From Elusimicrobia bacterium GWB2_63_16 (lineage in GTDB: Bacteria > Elusimicrobiota > Elusimicrobia > Elusimicrobiales > UBA9959), in the NCBI GenBank assembly GCA_001799715.1, contig MGTZ01000036.1, positions 54,226 to 118,225 of the forward strand: DNA of 64,000 bases. Direction: 5' to 3'. Within the stretch, counting starts at the first letter, position 1. Every line of letters begins with the position of its first letter. The notes beneath the pieces are model-generated. The model worked only from the letters and a program-made list of their open reading frames with translations, was not told the origin of the DNA and made no database searches. Position numbers and translations under genes: made by a program. This document shows, piece by piece, positions 42,313-49,564 of the stretch.

Positions 42313-42370
42313 GGGTTATTAGTATAAGGGGGGGCTGGACAAGCGGTCCGCCAGGTGGTATGCTATGGGT

Positions 42371-42421
42371 GTTGACATGTCAACCCCCTCCCCTTGACAA
42401 AGCCATTTAATCTGCTATAAT
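42371..42421 (+). promoter_or_regulatory. sigma70 promoter with upstream palindromic operator (copy 2)
   Basis: GTTGACATGTCAAC (42371-42384); TTGACA (42394-42399); 16-nt spacer; TG-C-TATAAT (42416-42421). Confidence 0.85.
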
Positions 42422-42464
42422 ATTAATGCCGTAAATCTGTAACGAGTTTGTAATGCAGTAGTGT

Positions 42465-42543
42465 TACGATAATAGCAAAGCCGGTGAAAACCGGCGGCGC
42501 AAAGCTAAGACCCGCTAAGTGAGCGGGGGTCAGGCTGCCGAAA
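42465..42543 (+). ncRNA. c-di-GMP-I (GEMM-I) family riboswitch aptamer, A20 variant, copy 2
   Basis: CGAUAAUAGCAAA - P2 GCCGGU/GAAA/ACCGGC - GGCGCAAAGC - P3 GACCCGCU...AGCGGGGGUC - AGGCUGCCGAA. Confidence 0.9.
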
Positions 42544-42546
42544 ACA

Positions 42547-44163
42547 ATGAAACGCAATCTTTGTATTGCCTTTGCCCCCTTGGCTATATGGGCTGAAACG
42601 AAGCGTGTTATACGCTTCAGCCTCGCCATGGGGTTTTTTATTGCCCTTTCGGCGGCGACTGCCCTGGCCCAGGGCGGCGGCCAGCCCGGCGCCTTCATGA
42701 GCTACGGCGCCGGCGCGCGCGGCCTGGGCATGGGCGGCGCCTTCTTCGCGGTGGCCGACGACGCCTCCGCCTCCTACTGGAACCCCGCGGCCCTCACCCT
42801 GCTCGAGCGCAAAGAGTTCACCGCCATGCAGGCGACCCTGTTCGAGCAGACCACGCTTAACTTCTTCACCTACGCGCACCCTACCAGCACCAAGGGCACC
42901 TGGGCCGTCAGCATGACCCAGCTGCAGTCCACCGGCTTCGAGAAGATCTCCATCACCGCCAACCCCGGCGGCGACGAGATCATAGACATCAAGACGCTCG
43001 GCACTTTCGACAGCACCGAGCGCGCGCTGGCCTTCTCCTGGGGCCGTGAGGTTTCCGACAAGCTGGCCTTCGGCATCATGGCCAAGAACATCTCCCGCAC
43101 GCTGGACACCTCCGTGGACTCCTTCAACGCCATCGACATAGCGATGCTAAACAAGTTCTCCAAGACCTACCGCGCCGCGATCGGCATCCAGAACGTCTTC
43201 TCCATGGCCTCGGGCGATACCGAGGACAAGCTGCCCCTGACCCTGAAGTTCGGCCAGGCCCTGAGCCTTTTCAAGGGCAGCCTGCTGTTCGGCTTCGACC
43301 TGAACAAGCCCCAGGGTTCCTCCATGAACTGGCGCTTCGGCGGCGAGTACTGGCTGATGTACTGGGCCGCGCTGCGCTTCGGCGTGCAGGGCGCCCCCGA
43401 GATCCAGGAGGCCGATTTCGGCCTCGGCATCAAGTACAAGAACCTCGGTTTCGACGTGGCCCAGGGCGTGCACGCGCTGGGTTCCACCACCCGCTTCTCC
43501 GTGACGCTGCGCATGGGCCAGAGCAACAAGGCCAAGCACGACCGCGAGGTCCGCGAGCTGGTCCGCCAGGCCCTGCAGTACTTCAAGTCCGGCTACTTCA
43601 GCCGCGCCATGGAGAAGCTGCGCGCCGCCATGGACGCCGACCCCGGCAACCCCGAGATCCGCCGCATGGTCACCCGCCTGCAGGGCGCCATAGACTACGT
43701 GCCGGACGCCACGGGCGGCGACGAGGTGCCTACCCTGACCCGCCGCGGCATCATCTCCTACGTGGACGGCAAGGACCTGAAGGCCTCCGTGAACGTGCTG
43801 CGCCACGCCTTCAACAAGGACCCGAAGAACGACCGCCTGCTCTCCCTGCTGAACATGGTGGAGCGCGAGGCCGGCGTGAGCGAACTGACCCGCAAGCCCG
43901 AGGGTCCCGAGATCTTCACTTACATCGACCAGCGCACCTACGACGCCCGCCAGGCCATCTACGACGGCAAGTACGACCTGGCCATGAAGCGCGCCCAGGA
44001 CATCCTGGACCTCGAGCCCAACAACGAGACCGCCCTCGAGATCATGGGCAGCTCGTTCTACCTGATGGACCAGAAGGAGAAGGCCAAGGTCATCTGGGAA
44101 AAGGTCGTGGAGATCAACCCCAACAACACGATGGTCAAGAACTTCCTGCGCCAGGTGAAGTAA
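42547..44163 (+). CDS. PorV/PorQ-family outer-membrane beta-barrel with C-terminal TPR repeats (start codon uncertain: 42547 or downstream)
   Basis: GAGARGLGMGGAFFAVADDASASYWNPAAL motif of the PorV/FadL-like family, alternating beta-strands, then helical TPR-like repeats (ALQYFKSGYFSRAMEKLRAAMDADPGN...). Confidence 0.85.
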   Translation: MKRNLCIAFAPLAIWAETKRVIRFSLAMGFFIALSAATALAQGGGQPGAFMSYGAGARGLGMGGAFFAVADDASASYWNPAALTLLERKEFTAMQATLFEQTTLNFFTYAHPTSTKGTWAVSMTQLQSTGFEKISITANPGGDEIIDIKTLGTFDSTERALAFSWGREVSDKLAFGIMAKNISRTLDTSVDSFNAIDIAMLNKFSKTYRAAIGIQNVFSMASGDTEDKLPLTLKFGQALSLFKGSLLFGFDLNKPQGSSMNWRFGGEYWLMYWAALRFGVQGAPEIQEADFGLGIKYKNLGFDVAQGVHALGSTTRFSVTLRMGQSNKAKHDREVRELVRQALQYFKSGYFSRAMEKLRAAMDADPGNPEIRRMVTRLQGAIDYVPDATGGDEVPTLTRRGIISYVDGKDLKASVNVLRHAFNKDPKNDRLLSLLNMVEREAGVSELTRKPEGPEIFTYIDQRTYDARQAIYDGKYDLAMKRAQDILDLEPNNETALEIMGSSFYLMDQKEKAKVIWEKVVEINPNNTMVKNFLRQVK

Positions 44164-44182
44164 GGCGCAGGAGAGGGGAGAG

Positions 44183-44314
44183 GGCCGGTGAGGGTATGCC
44201 TTCTACGGGTACGCTCGGCCACACCGTGGCCTCGCTCTGTCACTCGTGCTCGGCGCTACGCAAGCCTCGCACTCGCGAGGCCCCTCCGAAGGCATACCCT
44301 CCCCAGCCTGCCGT
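44183..44314 (+). repeat. Structured intergenic repeat family, copy 1 (~130 bp)
   Basis: Closing IR GAGGGTATGCCTTC/GAAGGCATACCCTC; core CGGGTACGCTCGGCCACACCGTGGCCTCGCTC shared with 46580-46712 and 62951-63083. Confidence 0.9.
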
Positions 44315-44348
44315 TCTCCTGCAATTAGGCCGTTTCATGGTGGAAACT

Positions 44349-44532
44349 GGCGGAAACCATATGGGCAGGGTTAGCAAAACCCTGTCGGGGTGGAGCGAAG
44401 CGACACTTTCCCCGCCCCGAGCTTGCATAGCGCGAGGGCCGAGACGGGGAGTGGCGAGCACGGTGTGCGGGTGGAGCGCAGCGACACCGCAGTGACGGCG
44501 GTTTTGCGTTCCTGCCCATATGGTAAGCCGCC
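44349..44532. repeat. Second palindromic MITE/REP-like element
   Basis: Terminal IR ACCATATGGGCAGG (44356-44369)/CCTGCCCATATGGT (44511-44524); internal direct repeat GTGGAGCG(A/C)AGCGACAC at 44390 and 44471. Confidence 0.6.
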
Positions 44533-44630
44533 AAAGCGTCAGGCACGGCAAGCGGGTAAGGCGTCAGGTTTTAATAAGTGAATGTTTTTGAAACTATTCT
44601 GTAATACGTTAAAGATAGAATAATTGTGAT

Positions 44631-46574
44631 ATGAAAAGGCTTTTCGCCTCCCTCGCGCTCGTTATGAGCCTGTGGGCGCCCCGGGTATCTGCCCAGAGCG
44701 CCGCGCTCGATAATCCCATGATGGAGACCTCGCTGATGCAGAAGCAGGACTCCATGCGCCGCGAGGCGGAGACCAAGGTCAAGAAGGAGATCCTCGACCC
44801 CATCCTCGGGGCCGACAAGTCCTTCGTTTTCGCCGACGTCGAGCTGGAGGTCATCTCCAAGAAGGCCGAGCAGAGCAAGGAAGGCCTGGGCGTGATGCAG
44901 AAGTACAAGGAGAAGGGGGGCAGCGACGAGGCGGCCGATACCGACTTCATCCTTCCCGGCATCCCTAAACCCAAGAGCGTGCTGGGCGGCGAGAACAAGC
45001 GCCCCGAGGCGGCCCAGGGCCAGCAGGCCCAGCAGGCCAAAGGCGTGCAGGAGATACGCTACGGCCTCGAGACCGAGATCACCCGCTTTCAGCTGACCGT
45101 CATCCACGACGAACAGCTCTCCCCGGCTTCCATAGCCCTGGCCCGCGAGCGCATAGACGATTTCCTGGTGCCCTACAAGATCCGCAAGACCGGCGCGCCC
45201 ACCGTGGTCTTCAAGCCCACCAAGTTCAAGGCCGGCAATCCCCTGGACGACCTTAAGAAGCCGTCCGTGTACCTGCCCCTGCTTTACGCGCTGCTGTTCC
45301 TGCTGCTGCTGCTGTTCCTGTTCGGCCCGCTGTGGGGCTTCTTCCGCAAGTACATCAAGGCGCTGATGGCCAAGCCCGGCGCCGAGGTGAACATAGAGGA
45401 CAAGCGCGAAGAGGGCGGGGGAGGGAGCGGCGAGGACGAGGGAAAGCAGGAGACCGAGGGGCACCAGAGCATAGATATGAACTTCCTTCAGAAGGAGGAG
45501 GAGAAGAAGGAAGACGAGGACGACCTTATGAAGAAATTCGAGCCTTTCACCTATTTGAACGAGGAGAACCTCAAGCGGCTGATTTATCTGTTCCTGCTCC
45601 GCAAAGAGGACCCGTGGGTCATAGCGGTGGTGCTGAGCTACCTCAAGCCCGACCTGTCCCGCCAGGCCCTGAGCATGCTGCCGGTGGAGATGCAGAGCCG
45701 CGTGGCGCTGGAGGCCCTGACCGTGCGCCAGGCCACCCGCGAGCAGATAGAGGCCATCGACAAGGATATCCGCGAGAACGTGGATTTCGTGATGGGCGGC
45801 ATAGAGCGCCTGATAAAGATGCTCGACGACTCCGACCCGGCCACCCGCAAGAACATCATAGAGTACCTCAAGACGCAGAAGCCCGACGTCTACGCCAAGG
45901 TGCGCCAGATCGTGCTGATGTTCGAGGATATCGTAAATTTCGCCGACCGCGACATGCAGTCCATCATCCGCAACCTCAACAACGAGGACGTGGCGAAGGC
46001 TCTGGCCAAGGCCGACCCGGCCATCGTCAACAAGTTCTTCACGAACATGTCGCAGGGCGCCGTGAACTCCGTCAAGGAGATCATGGAGTACTCCGGCGAG
46101 ATCAGCCTGGCCCAGTCGGACGAGGCGCAGATGAAGATCCTGGACGCCATCAAGACGCTGGAGTCCGAGGGCAAGATCGCCTCGCGCGGCGGCAATTCGC
46201 AGGAAGTCTATATGATAGAGGGGGGGGAGATGTCCTCCGGCGACGAGCGCCGCAAGAAATTCGAGAGCCTGTCCGCTTCCGCCCCGGCCGCCGCCGGCCC
46301 CACGCCCGAGCAGCTGGAGCAGGCCAGCCAGTACGCCGCCGCCGGCGCCAATATGTACAACCAGGGCCAGGTGCAGGAGAGCCTGCAGTACCTGGAATAT
46401 GCCTCCTCGCTGAACCCCGGCGACGCCTCCACCTGGCAGTACCTGGGCGCGGCCTATTACGGCCTGCAGCGGGTGGACGAGGCGGTGGCCGCCTACGAGA
46501 AGTACGCGTCCCTGTCCGGCGACCCGGCCGCCTCCGAATGGCTGGCCGGCTTCAAGGCGAGCGTAGGCAGATAA
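44631..46574 (+). CDS. Signal peptide - FliF-like ring domain - TM - FliG middle/C-terminal domains - TPR fusion protein
   Basis: FliG motifs EDPWVIAVVLSYL (EHPQ-like), GGIERLIKML, LMFEDIV (MFxF-like), FFTNMS, EAQMKILDAIKTLESEGKI. FliF RBM3-like ILDPILG..FVFADVEL and ITRFQLTVIHD; one TM at ~45267-45345; C-terminal TPRs. Confidence 0.85.
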   Translation: MKRLFASLALVMSLWAPRVSAQSAALDNPMMETSLMQKQDSMRREAETKVKKEILDPILGADKSFVFADVELEVISKKAEQSKEGLGVMQKYKEKGGSDEAADTDFILPGIPKPKSVLGGENKRPEAAQGQQAQQAKGVQEIRYGLETEITRFQLTVIHDEQLSPASIALARERIDDFLVPYKIRKTGAPTVVFKPTKFKAGNPLDDLKKPSVYLPLLYALLFLLLLLFLFGPLWGFFRKYIKALMAKPGAEVNIEDKREEGGGGSGEDEGKQETEGHQSIDMNFLQKEEEKKEDEDDLMKKFEPFTYLNEENLKRLIYLFLLRKEDPWVIAVVLSYLKPDLSRQALSMLPVEMQSRVALEALTVRQATREQIEAIDKDIRENVDFVMGGIERLIKMLDDSDPATRKNIIEYLKTQKPDVYAKVRQIVLMFEDIVNFADRDMQSIIRNLNNEDVAKALAKADPAIVNKFFTNMSQGAVNSVKEIMEYSGEISLAQSDEAQMKILDAIKTLESEGKIASRGGNSQEVYMIEGGEMSSGDERRKKFESLSASAPAAAGPTPEQLEQASQYAAAGANMYNQGQVQESLQYLEYASSLNPGDASTWQYLGAAYYGLQRVDEAVAAYEKYASLSGDPAASEWLAGFKASVGR

Positions 46575-46579
46575 CTGGT

Positions 46580-46712
46580 TGTGCCCGGCATGGGGCTGCC
46601 CTCTCCGGGTACGCTCGGCCACACCGTGGCCTCGCTCTTTCACTCAGGCTCGGCGCTTACGCAAGCCTCGCCTTCGCGAGGCCCCTGCGAGGGCAACCCC
46701 CTGCCGGACACA
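46580..46712 (+). repeat. Structured intergenic repeat family, copy 2
   Basis: Same core as copy 1; closing stem GGGGCTGCCCTC/GAGGGCAACCCC with compensatory changes. Confidence 0.88.
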
Positions 46713-46842
46713 GCGGATAAAGAGCACCCTTGCCGGTCCCCCATGGGGGATATAAAGTTGTTAATAATCTTGTAACGAAAGTGAAACCGCGTTTTTTTAG
46801 AATATAGTGGCAGCAAGACGGACTGAGCTTAACCTTAAATTT

Positions 46843-49239
46843 ATGTCAGACGAGAAGAAAATACCTAAGATGCCCCCGCTTCCCCCGGGGATGCTCAAGC
46901 CTGGTATGCCGCCGGCCCCTCCTGCCGGCAGGCCTCCTCTGCCGTCCATGCCTGGCATGCCGCAGGCCGGTTTCCCCTCCATGCCCCAGGGCTTCGGCCA
47001 GCCGGCCGCCGCCCCGCAGCCCGCCGCCAAGGACGACGCCGAAGAGCGCCGCCTGCAGGAAGAGAAGGACAAGCTGGAGCGCAAGATCGCGGACATGGAG
47101 AAGCTGCTGTCGGCCGAGAAAGAGAAGGCGCTGCTCGCCACGCTGAAGAACCAGCAGGACGAGGCTCTCTCCTCCCGCGTGGAGTCTTCGCTTAAAGATA
47201 TACAGGACAAGATGCGCCGCGACCGCCGCGACCACGAGGTCGAGGAAGAGCGCCTCACGCTGAAATCCAAGATCAAAGAGATGGAGACCCGCCTCGCGCA
47301 GGAGCGCGAGACCTGGATGACCACGCTCAAGAACCAGATGTCCGAGCGCGAGGTGCAGGGCCGCGACGTGGAAGGCCACTTCATCTACAGGCTCCAGGAG
47401 ATGGAGCGCCGCTGGCTGGACGAAAAGGCCCAGTGGCAGAAAGAGATCACCTCCCGCGAGGAGACCATCCGCTCGCTCAAGTCCGCCGCCGAGAAGCTGC
47501 GCGACACCGAGGACGAGCTGCGCAAGATCTCCCTGGAAAAGACCATGTCCGACCGCGAGGTCTCCCGCCTGCGCGACGACGTGGCCCGCGCCGAGCGCGA
47601 GAAGGCCTCGGTCGAGACCTATATCAAGATGATCCCCGAGAAGGAGCGCGAGATCGCGGACCTCAGGAGCGAGAACATCTCGCTGCGCGGCCGCGAGGAG
47701 AAGGCGCGCCTCGAGGAGAAGCACAACGCCGAAAAACAGGCTTTCGAACTGGAGAAGATGCAGAAGGAGATAGGCCGTCTGCAGGCCGAGATCGGCGCCA
47801 TCTCCGACCGCAAGAACGAGGAGAAGAACGAGGCCCTGCGCAAGCAGGCCGAGCGCTACGACGCCTCCCTCCTGGAGAAGGAGAAGGCCCTGGCCGACGT
47901 GAACGGCGAGAAGGTGCGCGCCATCTCCGAACTGGTCAAGATCAAAGGTTTCGTGTCCCGGGTGCAGGCCATCAACGCCGTGCTCGACAAGGAACGCGGC
48001 CAGCTGAAGCTCGAGAAGATGCAGCTCGCCCAGAACATGGCCGCGCAGCTCGAGGAGATACGCCGCCAGAAGCAGGAACTGGACACCATCAAGGCCGCCC
48101 ACCAGAGCGAGCTGGAAGCCCAGGCCACCGGCTACAAGGCCGAGATAGCCAGGGTAAAGAACGGCTACGGGGCCGAACTGGCCGCCAGGCACGCCGAGGA
48201 ACTGGCCGAGGCCTCCCGCAGGAACCAGGAGGAACTGTCCAGGCTGGCCGCCGTGCACCAGGCCGAACTGGCCAACGCCGCCTCGTCCCACCAGGCCGAG
48301 CTGTCCAGGCTGGAATCGATACGCCGCGAGGAGGCCTCCAGGGCCGCCGCGGCCCACCAGGCCGAACTTACCAAGCTCGCCGACGAACGCCAGGTGGAAG
48401 TATCCAAAATTTCGGCCGACGCCCAGGCCGAGGTCGCCAGGATTTCCGCCGAGCGCCAGGCCGAGCTGGACGCCAAGGTCTCCCAGCTGCGCATGCAGTA
48501 CGAGTCCTCCTCCGAAGAGGAGAAGACCGCCGTGCGCAAGCAGCTCGAGGCGGCCCACTCCGCCCAGCTGGCTACCGCCCGCGCCGAAGCCTCCGCCGCG
48601 ATGGATTCGCTGGTCAGGCTGGAGGCCGAGAACCGCCGTCTCGCCGCCGAGAGCGCCGTGTTCGAGAAGACGATCGCCGCCAGGACCAAGGATTTCGAGG
48701 ACAGGCTGGTCCGCGCCGAGGCCGAGGCCAAGCGCCGCGACGAGCAGGCCTCCCGCGCCGAGGCCCAGCTCTCCGAGTCCCTGGCCCGCGCCGCCGAAGC
48801 CGCCAAGGCCGCCCAGGCCGTGGAGACGGAACGCCAGCGCCTGTCGGCCGAGTACGCCGCCCTGCGCGAGAAATATTCCGCGATAGAGTCCCGCCGCGCC
48901 GCCGAGGAGGCCGAACTGGCCCGCCTGACGGACAGCTTCAAGGCCCAGGCCGAAAACCTCAGGCTGGAGAGCGAGAACCGCACCCGCTTCGAATCCGAGC
49001 TGCTCTTCCTCAAACAGAAGGTGCAGCAGATGGAACTGCAGGCCCAGGAGACCGCCTCGCTGCTCGACGACGAGCGCAACGCCGCCGCCGCGCAGGCGCA
49101 GGCCGCCGCCGACCAGGCCGCCGCCGACGCCGCCCGCCTGGCGGAGGCCTCCGCCGAGCTGGAGAAATACCGCTCGCTCGAGGCTTCCTTCGCGGAGCGC
49201 CTGAAGTGGGCCATCAAGGGTAAAAAACAGGCGGAGTGA
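46843..49239 (+). CDS. Long coiled-coil protein with N-terminal proline-rich segment
   Basis: ATG 46843 (MSDEKKIPKMPPLPPGM...), preferred over GTG 46807; ~740 aa of E/K/R/A/L-rich helical repeats; no TM. Confidence 0.85.
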   Translation: MSDEKKIPKMPPLPPGMLKPGMPPAPPAGRPPLPSMPGMPQAGFPSMPQGFGQPAAAPQPAAKDDAEERRLQEEKDKLERKIADMEKLLSAEKEKALLATLKNQQDEALSSRVESSLKDIQDKMRRDRRDHEVEEERLTLKSKIKEMETRLAQERETWMTTLKNQMSEREVQGRDVEGHFIYRLQEMERRWLDEKAQWQKEITSREETIRSLKSAAEKLRDTEDELRKISLEKTMSDREVSRLRDDVARAEREKASVETYIKMIPEKEREIADLRSENISLRGREEKARLEEKHNAEKQAFELEKMQKEIGRLQAEIGAISDRKNEEKNEALRKQAERYDASLLEKEKALADVNGEKVRAISELVKIKGFVSRVQAINAVLDKERGQLKLEKMQLAQNMAAQLEEIRRQKQELDTIKAAHQSELEAQATGYKAEIARVKNGYGAELAARHAEELAEASRRNQEELSRLAAVHQAELANAASSHQAELSRLESIRREEASRAAAAHQAELTKLADERQVEVSKISADAQAEVARISAERQAELDAKVSQLRMQYESSSEEEKTAVRKQLEAAHSAQLATARAEASAAMDSLVRLEAENRRLAAESAVFEKTIAARTKDFEDRLVRAEAEAKRRDEQASRAEAQLSESLARAAEAAKAAQAVETERQRLSAEYAALREKYSAIESRRAAEEAELARLTDSFKAQAENLRLESENRTRFESELLFLKQKVQQMELQAQETASLLDDERNAAAAQAQAAADQAAADAARLAEASAELEKYRSLEASFAERLKWAIKGKKQAE

Positions 49240-49324
49240 ACGCGCCCCCGGAGGGGAAGCAGGGCGGGGGGAACCAGGGTTGCCGCCGCCCGCGCTTATT
49301 GGCAATAAAGTATAATTTAAGACG

Positions 49325-49549
49325 ATGATCAAGCTCGAAAAACTCAACGGGACCATGGTGGTGGTGAACGCCGAACTCATCGAAACGATAGAGGCCGGCC
49401 CCGACACCGTGCTGAACCTGGCCACCGGCAACCGGTACCTGGTCAGGAACCCGGTGGACGAAGTGATCGCGCTGATCGTGGAGTACAAGAAGAAGGTCTA
49501 CGCCGAGCGGCGCTGCGTCAACCCCGTCGAGGGCTTCGAGAAAAAGTAA
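49325..49549 (+). CDS. flbD: Flagellar FlbD family protein
   Basis: MIKLEKLNG...VVNAELIETIEAGPDTVLNLATG.RYLV....DEV; directly upstream of motA as in flbD-motA-motB operons. Confidence 0.9.
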   Translation: MIKLEKLNGTMVVVNAELIETIEAGPDTVLNLATGNRYLVRNPVDEVIALIVEYKKKVYAERRCVNPVEGFEKK

Positions 49550-49564
49550 GGAGACCCTGCTTTC

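Noticed and set aside
4033-42312. Giant protein as an RHS/CDI toxin, NRPS/PKS or cell-wall hydrolase
   Set aside because: No YD repeats, haemagglutinin repeats, A/KS domains or recognisable hydrolase motifs seen by eye; an HMM scan could still overturn this
44540-44630. sigma28 (FliA) promoter for the motor genes
   Set aside because: No TAAA-N15-GCCGATAA match found; only sigma70-like boxes
49296-49308. TTATTG-G-CAATAA palindrome before the flbD -10 box
   Set aside because: Single short AT-rich palindrome with no second copy in the window
44571-49488. Long minus-strand ORFs (690 and 880 aa) over the FliF-FliG and coiled-coil genes
   Set aside because: Antisense shadows of well-supported + strand genes
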